Shown here: piece by piece, positions 27,783 to 40,066 of the stretch
Layout: the number at the start of each line of letters is the position of its first letter
How positions within the stretch are numbered: the stretch's first letter is position 1
Assembly: GCF_006345805.1 (NCBI RefSeq)
Contig: NC_043003.1
Coordinates: 25,854,001-25,918,000 of the forward strand
Reading direction: 5' to 3'
Origin: Octopus sinensis
Taxonomy: Eukaryota
Length of the DNA: 64,000 bases
Notes under the pieces: generated by a model
Told to the model about the DNA's origin: nothing
Seen by the model: the letters and a program-made list of their open reading frames with translations, nothing else
The model's database searches: none
Position numbers and translations under genes: made by a program

Positions 27783-28252
27783 CATCATCATCTTTTAGCG
27801 TCCGTTTTCCATGCTAGCATGGGTTGGACGGTTCTACTGGGGTCTGTGAAGCCAGAAGGCTTCATCAGGCCCAGTCAAATCTGGCAGTGTTTCTACGGCT
27901 GGATGCCCTTCCTAACGCCAACCACTCCGTGAGTGTAGTGGGTGCTTTTTACGTGCCACCTGCACAGGCGCCAGACAGAGCTGGCAAACGGCCACGAACG
28001 GATGGTGCTTTTTATGTGCCACCGGCACGAGGGCCAGGCGAGGCTGGCAACGGACACAAACGGATGGTGCTTTTTACGTGCCATCGGCACGAGGCCAGTC
28101 GGGGTGGTGCTGGCAACGGTCGCGAAACGGAAGGTTCTCTTACATGCCACCGGCTCTGGTAACACATCTGCAATTTCCATTGATCGATTTCGATTCTGAT
28201 CCTCACTTGCCTCAACGGGTCTTCACAAGTAGAGTTTCGACATGCCACCGGC
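27780..28252 (-). mobile_element. RTE 3'UTR/tail copy, same young subfamily as 787-1312
   Basis: Reverse complement of the 880-1312 tail, with the same diagnostic variants (gggcctgatgaagccttctggcttcacagacc). The antisense ORFs 867-1265 and 27824-28162 share their first ~47 residues. Confidence 0.9.
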
Positions 28253-28289
<37 letters not shown>

Positions 28290-28445
28290 CATATATATAT
28301 ACATATATATATATACATATATATATATATAGGCGGTGCTCCAGCATGGCCACAGTCAAATGACTGAAACAAGTAAAAAAAAAAAAAAAAATATATATAT
28401 ATACATATATATATACATATATATATACATATATATATACATATA

Positions 28446-28490
<45 letters not shown>
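28252..28490. repeat. (TA)n/(TATACA)n microsatellite block (others at 29268-29322, 41172-41262, 45225-45256, 53716-53790; (GA)n 6319-6352; (CA)n 62500-62680)
   Basis: Directly visible simple repeats. Confidence 0.95.
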
Positions 28491-28492
<2 letters not shown>

Positions 28493-28860
28493 ATAGAAAT
28501 GGCAAGACAACAAAAGAATGAAAGCGACCTCGATATTATGTAAATAGAGGAATTTATCTGTAAATGTAATATGTGACAATTATTTGGTAGCCATAATAGA
28601 ACTCCGAGTTTGGGATGTCAGGGTGAAAATCCACCCCGACATTACTTCAGTTATCCGGCCATTGGATAACATAATCAACAGATACTGGTGCCTCCCAGGT
28701 TTCTTTAACCCTTTAGTATTCAGATAACCCTGTCAAATGTAGCATTTTTCCGATGGCCAGATAACTGAAGAGATAGCAGTGTGGATTTCCACACTGACAT
28801 CCGAAACTCGGAGTTTTATCATGGCTACCGAATAATTGTCACACATTACATTTACAGATA
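28490..28860. mobile_element. Penelope-like element remnant: inverted pseudo-LTR pair
   Basis: Inverted arms at 28555-28665 and 28749-28860, each with a hammerhead-like motif, flanked by (TA)n. Confidence 0.6.
28756..28825 (+). ncRNA. Minimal type I hammerhead ribozyme motif
   Basis: Stem I gccagataa/ttatcatggc; core CTGAAGA (28765-28771); long stem II (cagtgtgga/tccacactg); GAAA (28803-28806); stem III C-tcgga-G; GUU cleavage triplet ending at 28815. One extra C precedes GAAA. Confidence 0.65.
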
Positions 28861-29266
28861 TATATATGCATTAACACACATACAGGGTTGGCCAAAAGTC
28901 ACCTGGCAGTAAATCAAAACCATTTAATTCCAAGATATCCCTCTTTCTCTTTCGGAGAGGCACTGAGCAGCTATACGCACACATACACACACGGCAGTAA
29001 CTTCCACCTACCGAATTCAATCACAAAGCTCCGGTCAGCTCGGGGCTATAGCGGAAGACACCTACCCAAAGTGCTACGCAGTGGGACTGTATATTTATGT
29101 TTAACAACTGAATGAATTTAATAAAAGCATCTAAATAAAAAACACCATGAAAATTGTTCAAACTGAAGTCCTTCTTGAGCAACACATTTTTCCATTCAAG
29201 TCAATACAGAATTACAGATAGTATTTATGGATTTTTGATTCATTATCGGGTGACTTTTGGTCAATC

Positions 29267-29321
<55 letters not shown>

Positions 29322-29325
<4 letters not shown>

Positions 29326-29613
29326 TCCGTAATAATGAAGGGTGAAATTAATTAATTTGGAATAATTATCAATTACACCAAGTAGTCTTCGGCATGTAAA
29401 AGCCTCATTCGAGGAAAATTTAAGTAATACTAAGCAATAAAGGGTTTAGCAACGAATTGCCTTACCACATACCGAATTTAGAAATAGCAGTCAAAGAGTT
29501 ATAGCTATTTCTTCTCTTTTTAGTAGAAGAAATAGCTATAACTCTTTGACTGCTATTTCTAAATTCGGTATGTGGTAAGGCAATTCGTTGCTAAACCCTT
29601 TATTGCTTAGTAT
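29322..29613. repeat. Repeat fragment ending in a perfect 89-bp inverted repeat, possibly Penelope-like
   Basis: Arms 29427-29515 and 29525-29613 are exact reverse complements with a 9-nt loop, bounded by (TA)n on both sides. Confidence 0.9.
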
Positions 29614-30415
29614 ATATATATATATATATATATAAATTTGCTTCCCAGCCATATGGTTCCGGATTCAGTACCACTATGTGCCACATCATCATCATCATCA
29701 TCGTTTAACGTCCGTTCTCCATGCTAGCATGGGTTGAACGGTTCGACCGGGGATCTGGGAAACCAGAAGGCTGCACCAGACTCCAGTCTTATCTGGCAAT
29801 GTTTCTACAGCTGGATGCCCTTCCTAACGCCCACCTGGGGCAAATATCTGCAATAGCCTCAGGCTTGTAAAAGGATTTGGTAGATGGAAACTGAAAGAAA
29901 CTCATCATATGTGTGTGTGTGTGTATTTGTCCCCAACCACAACTTGACAACTGGTGTTGGTGTGTTTACGTCCCTGTTACTTAGTGGTTCAGCAAAAGAG
30001 ACTGATTGTATAAGCACCAGGTTTAAAAAATAAGTACTGGAGTTGATTCATTTGACTAAAATTCTTCAAGGCAGTGCCCCAGCATGGCCACAGTCTAATG
30101 ACTGAAACAAGTAAAAGAATAAATATACATATATGGATGGAAAGAAAGATAATCTTAGACACCCTTTATGCAACCAATGTATTACCTTTCAACCCTATCC
30201 TTTTTCTCCAATAACCCGACACTAATCCCTTTCCTCTTCTTGTCTCCCACTCTATCCATTTACCACCCCTCATCCATCCACCTAGAATCATCAGCCACTC
30301 TCTCTCCTATCCTCCTTCAGTTATAGAGACCATTTTAAGCCCTTAGCTTTTCAGGTTAGAAGGCAATCATCATTAGTGTTGATACCTTGGAAAAAGGACC
30401 CCAATACACTGTTAA

Positions 30416-30620
30416 CCCTTTCGTTACTGTATTTATTTTGAGATGCTCTGCGTTTCTCTCAATTATTTTAAATATAACAAAGAATTTAGTAAAATAACTT
30501 AGTTATCATTCAGCTAGTGTTAGGAACATAAATTGTGACTAAGGTTTGGTGGAAGATATGAAAACAAGACATTTGTACTCAGAGCCAAACCCGGTTTCAG
30601 CCGGGTTGGTAACGAAAGGG
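30416..30620. mobile_element. piggyBac-type MITE family 1 (other copies at 36826-37039 and ~15740-15952)
   Basis: TTAA|CCCTTTCGTTAC ... GTAACGAAAGGG|TTAA: TIRs with a TTAA target duplication. Confidence 0.85.
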
Positions 30621-31899
30621 TTAAGTGGTTGGAGTTCAGAAAGGCATCCAAGTGTAGAGACCATGCCAGAGTAGACAGTGGTACATGACACAGTCCTCCA
30701 ACTTGTCCGATCCTGTCAAACCACCAAATCCAGCATAAAAGCCGGATGTTAAATGAGTAGAGTCATGTAGATCCTGTTTGCATAATGATTATGTTATGTA
30801 AATATGATATTTCTGACTGTAGACTGGCAGAATCCGAGCAGCAGACAATGTTTTGTGGTATTTAGTCCAGCTCATTATGATCGGAGTTCAAATTCCTCCA
30901 AGATAGTCAATCTTACCTTTCACATTTCTGAGATCAATGAAATGGAATACAAGAATATTCAGGTCGATAAAATAAAGTACCACTCAGAATAGTGAAGATA
31001 ACATAATCAACTGATACTGGTACCTCCCAGGTTTCTTTAACCCTTTAGCATTCAGATTACTCCATCAAACGTGAAATGCTCAGCATGTTAATTTCATGAG
31101 CAGACTGTTCCATTGATTGGATCAACTGGAACCCTTGTTGTCCTAACTGACAGAGTGCCAGTTATTCAGATTACTCCATCAATTGTTTTGAATTAATCTG
31201 GCATTATCTCAAAGCTCTGATATTTCAATGATGTGATTGTCTATTTTTTTTTCAATGACATTGTAGGGTAAGTGTGAGAGGCCAGATCCAGCTGGTTTGA
31301 ACATAAAAGAACCAGTAGAATATTTTGGCTGGACATGGCTAATTCAAATGCTAAATGGTTAAGGAAGAGGATATGGCTAGCTGAGAATACACAACAAATC
31401 TTTGCACATTATTAGCAGGTGACCCATCTCTATATGAGAGGCTACAGCATTAGACTTCTTATTCATAGGCTATGAGTTCAAATCAAACCTTGCAGTCATT
31501 TGATTGTGTTTCTGAGAAGAACCCTTTTATTTGTTTCAGTCATTTGACTGCGGCCATGCCGGAGCACTGCCTTTAGTCGAGCAAATCGACCCCCAGGACT
31601 TATTCTTTGTAAACCTAGTACTTATTCTATTGGTTGTCTTTTGCCAAACCGCTAAGTTATGGAGACGTAAACACACCAGCATCAGTTGTCAAGCAATGTT
31701 GGGGGAAGACACACAAACACACATATATATATACACACACATACATATATATGACAGGCTTCTTTCAGTTTCCGTCTATCAAATCCACTTACAAGGCTTT
31801 GGTTGACCCGAGGCTATAGTAGAAGACACTTGCACAAGCTGCCATGCAGTGGGACTGAACCTGGAACCATGTGGTCATTTTGTTTTACATTCCGAGATC

Positions 31900-32200
31900 A
31901 TTTGGAAATGTTATCTACAAAAGACTGGACAACTAACAAGATGTAGATTCATCATTCATCTGCTGCATGATCATGGAACTGGAGTGGATGATTCCTAAAC
32001 TTCACTCCAGTCCATGAACCCAAAATCTTTGGCAGAAAAATATAAATGCTGTCTAACTCCTCTAGGTTGACAAATGAAACACAGGGTTGGTTTACAAAGA
32101 TTGTGCAACATACCAAGAAGCTTGAGCATGATTTCACACAGTAGACTGTCAGCAAAGGACATTACCTGTATTGACAGCAAGTCTGTTTACAATCACTAAA
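31900..32200 (-). mobile_element. Highly decayed RTE-type RT fragment
   Basis: CVSFVNLEELDSI...KF...QFHD resembles FVDLxKAFDSV...KF..II..FHD. Confidence 0.4.
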
Positions 32201-33132
32201 CACACACAAAGACGAGGGGAGATAAGAACTCACACATATACACATGCACACAGCATCATCATTTTAATGTTCACTTTTCCATTCAGATAGAATATGTTGA
32301 GGTAGATTTTTCTACAACTAGATACCCTTCCAGTTGCCAAACCTCACTTGTATCCAAGCAAAATAATCTTTTCTGCTCTAGGCATAAGGCCTTAAATTTT
32401 GGGGGAGGGGGCCATAGTACTCGACTGGTACTTAATTTATTGACCCCCAAAAGGATGAAAGGCAAAGTCGACCGCGGCAGAATTTGAACTCAGAACATAA
32501 AGACAGACGAAATACAACTAAGTATTTCACCTGGCGTGCTAACTTTTCTGCCAGCTCACTACCTTATCCAAGCAAAATAATATTTCTCCACAGACACACA
32601 ATTTTTTTGTAGAAGACTGGAAGTAAACACCATCACTTGTATAACAGCGATACTCATTCATAACCATCACATGATGTCTAAAGTCAAAGAAAGCTCTATA
32701 TAATGTATTACTTTAATTTCCCTCAATCAAATCCATTGACAAGGTTTTGGTTGACCTGAAGCTATAGAAGACACTTACCCAAACTGCCACACCGTGGTAC
32801 TGAACCCAATATCGTATGAAGCAAGTTTCTTAACCACACAAGCACACCTGCACCTATAAAACACACACATAGGAAACATTGAAGAATGAAGTTAACAAAT
32901 AGTGCTTATTACTTTTTGTGGTGTTGCTGTATGTTGTGAAGGAAAAATTAAGCAGCAAATGGAAATAATTCAGTAATTGTCGACATGGCAATGCCAGGAG
33001 ACATATTTTTGAATTATTAGTGCAATGGTGTCTTACAAGACCTTCTAACCTTTCAATTTTCAGATAACCAGCAACCTGTAGAAGTACTTGAGGTAAACAC
33101 CCAGATTATATATCCCATTCACTTACAAAATA

Positions 33133-33795
33133 CATAACTGGCACTCCATTGATTACAACGACGAGAGTTCCAGTTGAACCAATCAATGGAACAGTTTACT
33201 CTTTTACTTGTTTCAGTCATTTGACTGCAGCCATGCTGGAGCACCACCTTTAGTCAAGCAACTCAACCCCAGGACTTATTCTTTGTAAGCCTAGCACTTA
33301 TTCTATCGGTCTCTTTTGCCAAACTGCTAAGTTATGGAGACGTAAACACACCAGCATCGGTTGTCAAGCGCTGTGGGGGGGGGGGGACAAACACAGACAC
33401 ACAAACATAGATATACATATAAACGATGGGCTTCTTTCAGTTTCCGTCTATCAAATCCACTCACAAGGCTTTGATCGGCCTGAGGCTATAGTAGAAGACA
33501 CTTACCCAAGGTGCCACGCAGTGGGACTGAACCCAGAACCATGTGGTTGGTAAGCAAGCTTCTTACCACACAGCCACTCCTGCTCATGAAATTAACATGC
33601 AAGTGGTTGAGCACTCCACAGACACGCATACCCTTAATATAATTCTCAGGGTGATTCAGTATGACAAGGCCAGCCCTGTGAATTACAGGTACAACTCATT
33701 TTTTGCCAGCTGAGTGCACTGGAGCTATGTGAAATAAAGTGTCTTGCTCAAAGACAATGCACTGCTGGGGATCAAACATGAGCTTACGATGAGCC
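33133..33795 (-). mobile_element. tRNA-derived SINE family C, interrupted by a family A SINE (other copies at 1676-1925+ and 21300-21640-)
   Basis: Shared segment ccttgagcaagacactttatttcacgttgctccagtccactcagctggcaaaaatgag behind a tRNA-like head. Confidence 0.75.
33195..33583 (-). mobile_element. tRNA-derived SINE family A, full copy (at least 20 further copies, e.g. 6985-7338+, 10960-11309-, 17565-17937-, 19991-20342+, 31525-31875-, 58340-58710-, 63901-64000+)
   Basis: Head gcaggagtggctgtgtggtaag...gggttcagtccc, then ccttgggcaagtgtcttc, a central (TA/TG)n, and tail gctccagcatggccgcagtcaaatgactgaaacaagtaaaagag. Confidence 0.9.
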
Positions 33796-36700
33796 AGTTA
33801 CCCTAACTACTAAACCAAACAAACAACAGGCTTTTTCATTTATACACACAAACGCATAACAGGCTTTTTCAGTTTCTGTCTACCAATTTCACTCACAAGG
33901 CATTAGTTGACCTGTAGCTATAGTGTAGAACATCACTGAACAACATTCCAAAAGTGGGACTGAACTCTAAACCACATGGTTTCAAAGTAAACATCTTTAC
34001 TACAATCTCATACTATCTTCATTACAAATATTTTGATGTCTATATTCACTGGAAATCACTGAAATTTCTCTTCTTTTTGTGAATGAAGAGGAGCAGTGTC
34101 TATCGTATAGTGGTGAGATGGATGCATTTCATGATGCAGGCCAATCTCTACAGGAATACTGCAGACAGAGTCTGAGCATGGGGTTGTTACAAATGCTTGA
34201 AACAAAGAACTACATCAGCTAGAGGCATCACAGATCAGCCGATAATGGTGGTAGTGGTGGTGTCAAATTGGGCAGCATGTTAGCTCCACCATCCAAACGC
34301 ATCAACAAGGGAACCTCAAAGTAGTCACTTGGCCTACGTCCAAGTCTGCTTTATTGTAAAAACTTTCTGCCTTTAAAAAACAATGCATTACAACTAGATA
34401 AACAATAAAGGAAGAAAAAAAGACTACAATGTCTTTGATCATAGGTCTGCTCTATTAAGATTGACATGGAGCTGAAAGTAATTCTAGTGAAGAAAAATTA
34501 AAAACTTGATCAAGTATAACTTGTACTTTGATAACAGACTGAGGATAAAACTGTGTGTGTGTATATATATATTGATTAGCTTGGAGGTAACACTTTGCCT
34601 ATATGTATATGTATGTATCCTCCTCCTCCTCCTCTCTCTGGCCGTTGACCGGAGTGCTACTAAAACTTTCTTTCAGCTCATGCTTTCAACAAGCATACCC
34701 CGACTTCTCTGTCTTTTGCAAGCCGATTTTTCACATGCGTTCTAATTAATTTTTCTACTGTCTAGGCCTAAAAAAGCCCTTATTGTTGGTTTCCTTGTCC
34801 TGTTATTCTTTATTTGTACTGTTTTTTCTTCATTTGTATTGCTTTTACGTCCTGTTCTTGTCACTTGTTTTACCCCTCTGCAAAAGAATTTTATTTAATT
34901 CCTTTTGCAGGAAGGACTGCTTCAGCCTGGCCGTGTTCTGCCCTTACCTTCGAAATACGCATTGAGCCAAACCAGGGGCAGCTGATGAAGGGGAATTTTC
35001 CTTGTATTGTTTGTCCTGTACTCTGTTTTTTTTTGTTGTTAAAAAAAGTCCGGTTCCTTGTTTGATTTTATGTTTTCATTTCTCGTGTTCTACGTTTATT
35101 TTTGGTGTCCTGTACTCATATATATATATATATATATATGCATGTATATATACATATAGATGTAAGTATGTACATATATATATGTATATATGCATATGTT
35201 TTATTTATTTATTATATTGTTATTATATATATATATACCAGGTGGTGCTATTAAGTTAGACATGGCCTGGGCCAATAATGGCCGAAACCTATCAAAGTAT
35301 CAAAGTATCAAAGTATATATATATACACACACACACATTTTTCTTTCATTGAACTGTGGTCACCTTGGAGGGTTTAGCAACACAATGCTAGTGCTTAATT
35401 AAAACCTTGTACTTATTCCATGAGTCACTTTTCATTGAATTGCTAAGTTACTGGGAATAAACCAACACTGGTTGTCAACTAGTGGGGGTGGTCAAACGCA
35501 AAGACACATACAGACATACATATTGCAAATATGACTCTATAGCCAAAGAGTTCGCTTTCGTTTTGAGTTCTATATCACTATGACACTCTGGACAAGTGCC
35601 TTTCACTATTAGCCTCAGGCCAAACAATGCACACACACACACACACATATTGATACAGAGACACACATATCCTTACGTGTACAAATGTTGAAATTCCACA
35701 GCTCTGCTTTTCATCACATGTGCTTTCAAAGACCAGTGGAATAACCAGTGGCTAAGAGTTGGTAGCACAAAGAACATCCAGCTGTCTGAAATAAATCGTA
35801 GTCCAACCCATGCTGGCAAGCTACAAGTTGGCAGCACAAAGGGCATCTGGCAGTAAAATGCTGTCTGAGATAAATTGCAGTCCAACAGATGCTAGCATGG
35901 AAAAAAGATGGGTATTAGAATGAATGAATATGCATGCACGATCCAATTAACACTGATAAGGTAGGAAAGACAGCAAATAAATGATTAAACATTTTTATTT
36001 GCTCCAGCCCAAGCAAGAAACATCATTTCCCCCTCCTTTCCTTTTAGTTTTTATAAGCTGATACAACTTTTAATTAAAGCTAATAAAACTTTCAATAGAA
36101 GCCGATACAACTTTTAATTAAAATAGATACAACTTTAAGAGAAAACTAATGATGGTATTGATGTTGTTGATGGTGGTGCTGATGATATTCTGGTAAACAG
36201 TGTTTCTTTAGCCATTGAGGCAGTAAGAAGTAGCTATATGGTTGCACAACTTGCTAGAAATAACAGCCAAATATTTCTCAACCTACACCCTGTCGTCTTA
36301 TAAAAATAAAAAAGGGAAGTATCAGATAATATAATCCAAAGTACACTATGCCCAAACAAAAAAGGACAGGAAGGTCATAACTGGAATGCCTTTGAATGTA
36401 TTTTATCAGGGTTGACCTAGGTGGGGCTAAACAGCAATTTATCCAAAGAATTTTATAACAGAGATGAGATTAACAGAGGCTTGTTATAGAGGAACAAAAT
36501 CAGTAGAAACTAGCAATGGTAGTATACATAGTAAAATAGTACAAAAAATAAGGAAAAAAAGAAAATGTTTGCTGTGAGGAACAGAAATTTTCTTGTTTGA
36601 TTACAGTTAAGCAATTTGTTGTTAGAATATACCAAGCTGTAATATGGAAATTTAATGAATGGGTAAATGTGATTCTTTCACCCACCTCAGATTCCTTTAA

Positions 36701-38520
36701 AAAACTTTAATTGCTGGTAGGGACACCGTATTTCATTATGCAACCATAATATACTACCAAGTATATTAAAAAGGCTTATAAGTCAATCCAACCTGTGTTA
36801 GCAGTGCTATTCAATCATGTCTTAACCCTCTCATTACTAACCCAGCTGAAACCGCCTCTGAGTACAAATATCTTGTTTTCATAAGTTTTGAATTAAAATC
36901 TTCCACCAAACCTTTGTCACAATTTATGTTCCTAACACTAGCTGAATGATAACTAAGTTATTTTACTAAATTCTTTGTTATATTTAAAGTAATTGAAAGA
37001 AACACAGAGCATCTCAAAATAAATACAGTAATGAAAGGGTTAAAGTTATCTGTACAGATAACTTTAAAAAGTAGTTTTAAAACCATATGCCTTAGTAGCT
37101 TCTCTCTGACCTTTACATACAATATTTAACTCTTTAGCATTTAATCTGGCTCAAATATTCTACCTGTTTTATGTAAAAACTGACCAGATCCAACCTCTCA
37201 TACCTACCCTACAATGTCATTCTAAAAATATGCTAACACACCACTAAAATCTTGAAGCTACAAAATAATGTGTGATTAATTCAAAATAATGTGAATAAAT
37301 AAGCAATACATTTGACAAGGAAATCTGAATGCTAAAGGGTTAGTTATTTTGGTATCTATATTTCCTTAAAATATGGACAATTTCACTTAAACAGTTCAAT
37401 TATTTAGAAATCACCCCCTATAATGTATACTCACACTTTTTTTTAAAATTTAAAAGTAAACTTGGATTTCTTAAATAGGTTTAGTATACGCCAATATAAA
37501 GACGTGTGTCTAGAATTTACTCATGTAAAATTGAACCATGTTAAAAGACTGTCAGGAGAAATATTTCCGACAGAACCCCTTAATATCATATTCTCCAATG
37601 AAAGACTCTACATCTCATACCACATTGATATACCTCCATATTCTGGCAGTTTAAATGAAGAAGGTTCCATAGGGTAGCCTAGCATGCTCAAAATAACAAT
37701 CAAATGTTTCACAAATCATACTATATTATATAGCCTAAAATACAGTCTGAAAAAATAAAAAATAAAATAGATGGTCATGGTTGGAATGCTTTTTATCACA
37801 AATCTGCTGGATTAAGGTTGATCTGGAGCTAAACAACAACTTCAATGTTCTTACACTATGCGTGTGAGGAGAAGAAAATGAAAGTTTTCATTCACACACA
37901 AAAAAAAATGTATTTACAGAAAATAAACATAAAAAAAGTACCCTCCTACACTTGATTCCCATGTCCCCACTTCTAATCACCTTGAGGGGTCACCCAGACC
38001 TCTCATCACCACTATTTTATCTCTTTCCAACCCCATTCAATCACTACCTCTTCTAAATGAGAATAGTCATATAGCACCACTATAGCAAGAAACCTGTACT
38101 ACTCTGGCCCCTTCTCATACTTTAATCCCATCATTTCCTAACATAAAGCTGCCCCTGCCCCTGGGGTTCATGGTCTTGGATGATGTATCGTGAAAAGCAC
38201 AGTAAAGTGGTTAATATTAAGGACATCCAGCCATAGAAACTATGCCAGAACAGACACAAGAGCACAATGGAGCCCTTGGACTCATCAGACCCTGTCAAAC
38301 CATCCAGTGTATACCAACATGGAAAATAGACATCAAATGATGATGATGAACCAACATCCTACGTAACACATACAAACAGAATAAAAATAGATAAAAAAAC
38401 TACTACAGCTTAATCTTATAGTAACATTGTTGAAAAAGGCAGAAGATATTAAGGCAATATTTTATATGGGTCAAGGCAAAGTTATTTTTAAAGCCAATTT
38501 AGATAATGAAATTGGCTTCT

Positions 38521-39190
38521 TTAATGAGAAGCCTGTGCTTGTCATTTAGTACACAAATACTTAATGTGGAGTCAAATTTAGAATAAATGCACATGGATTT
38601 CAGCTTCAGCTGAAAGGAGATGATTCCTGTATTTACTCTTGATATTTGCTAAACAAGAAAAAAGCTTGCTCACACATGTACAAAGTTAAAAACCACCCTA
38701 ACATATTCATTGTCTTTCTATGAATGGCAGAGATTACTCTTCTTTGACAGAAACCTAAAACTTATTCAGGGATAAGCCTGTAAATCTCATCTTGAGTGTT
38801 AGATCAAACTGCAGCTCACAATAGCTCTTAGGCATCTCTAAAAGCCAAGTTCCCCAAAATAAGCGGACGATAAATGTGGTTTTATCCGAACATACACCTC
38901 CTTCAAAAGGGAGGGAAAATAATGTTTGATTTGATCAACAATTCTTTCATATGGGTTTTGATACATTTGAAGATTTTGCTTTGCAATGTGAGATTTCCCC
39001 AAAGGCTCAGTCTTCTTTTAAATTTAAAAATCTTCTTAGTTGCAGTCAATTCCTTTTCTCTAGGGACTTACAATGAATTGTTCATCTGATTCATGCAATG
39101 AAACATATCTGCTAAATAAGCAAACTTCCACAAACATTTTTCATCTTAAAAACACTTGGCAATGAAGATTTTAGCTTATTATTTTCTTGT
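38521..39190 (-). mobile_element. hAT Buster/Charlie-type transposase C-terminal remnant
   Basis: DEKCLWKFAYLADMF..MN.MN.SL, KHYFPSL, LYMCEQAF..LANIKSKYRNHLLS and terminal QAQASH* (stop at 38521-38523), as in ZBED5/FAM200-like Buster transposases. Confidence 0.85.
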
Positions 39191-39711
39191 GAGGAAACCA
39201 ATATTGTTATATTTGGAAAGAGCCATTTATATTAATAAAAGTGAAATTCTGTCTGTCCATCTGAGACTGCTGTATCACAGCCCACATTTGCTCTGCATAG
39301 ACATATTATGACCTTTTTGGAATCATGATGATTCTGAAGTTGAAAGTCTGCCTTTCATTTGGTTCTTGAACATCCAGCAATGGAATCTGATTCAAGGTAA
39401 ACAGAAAACTATTATTTGAAAAAGTAATTTTTATACAGGCTTGGCTCTGTGGTTAAGAAGTTTGCATCCCAACCATGTCTCTGGTTCAGTTCCACTGCAC
39501 AGTACTTTGGACAAGTGATCTGGGCTGGCTAATACCCTGTGAGTGGATTTTGGTTGACTGAAACTGGAAAAAGCCTGTCATATGTGTATGTGCATACATG
39601 TGTGTACTCTTCTCTTGATGACATGGTTGTAAATGAGCATCACTGTCATACAAGTGAGTTTGTTCATTTCCAGTCATCCATGAAAAAAGCCTGTCTGTAC
39701 ATCAACATCAA

Positions 39712-40066
39712 AATAAAAATCAAATGGAAATTGTAGTTGTGATACCCGTGCCAGTGGCACATAAAAATCACCATCCGAACATGGCCGATACCAGCGCCGC
39801 CTTGACTGGCTTCTGTGCTGGTGGCATGTAAAAAGCACCAACCAATTGTGGCCGTTGCCAGCCTCCCCTGGCACCTGTGCCGGTGGCAAGTAAAAAGCAC
39901 CCACTACACTCACGGAGTGATTGGCATTAGGAAGGGCATCGAGCTGTAGAAACACTGCCAGATCAGACTGGAGCCTGGTGCAGCCTCCTGGCCTCCCAAA
40001 CCCCGGTCAAACCGTCCAACCCATGCTAGAATGGAAAACGGACGTTAAACGATGATGATGATGATA
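39712..40066 (+). mobile_element. RTE 3'UTR/tail copy
   Basis: GCCGGTGGCA subrepeats, ttaggaagggcatc segment and (GAT)n tail. Confidence 0.85.

Noticed and set aside
28223-28579. ORFs rich in Y/I, H/T or C/V here and elsewhere
   Set aside because: Translations of (TA)n, (CA)n and (TG)n microsatellites.
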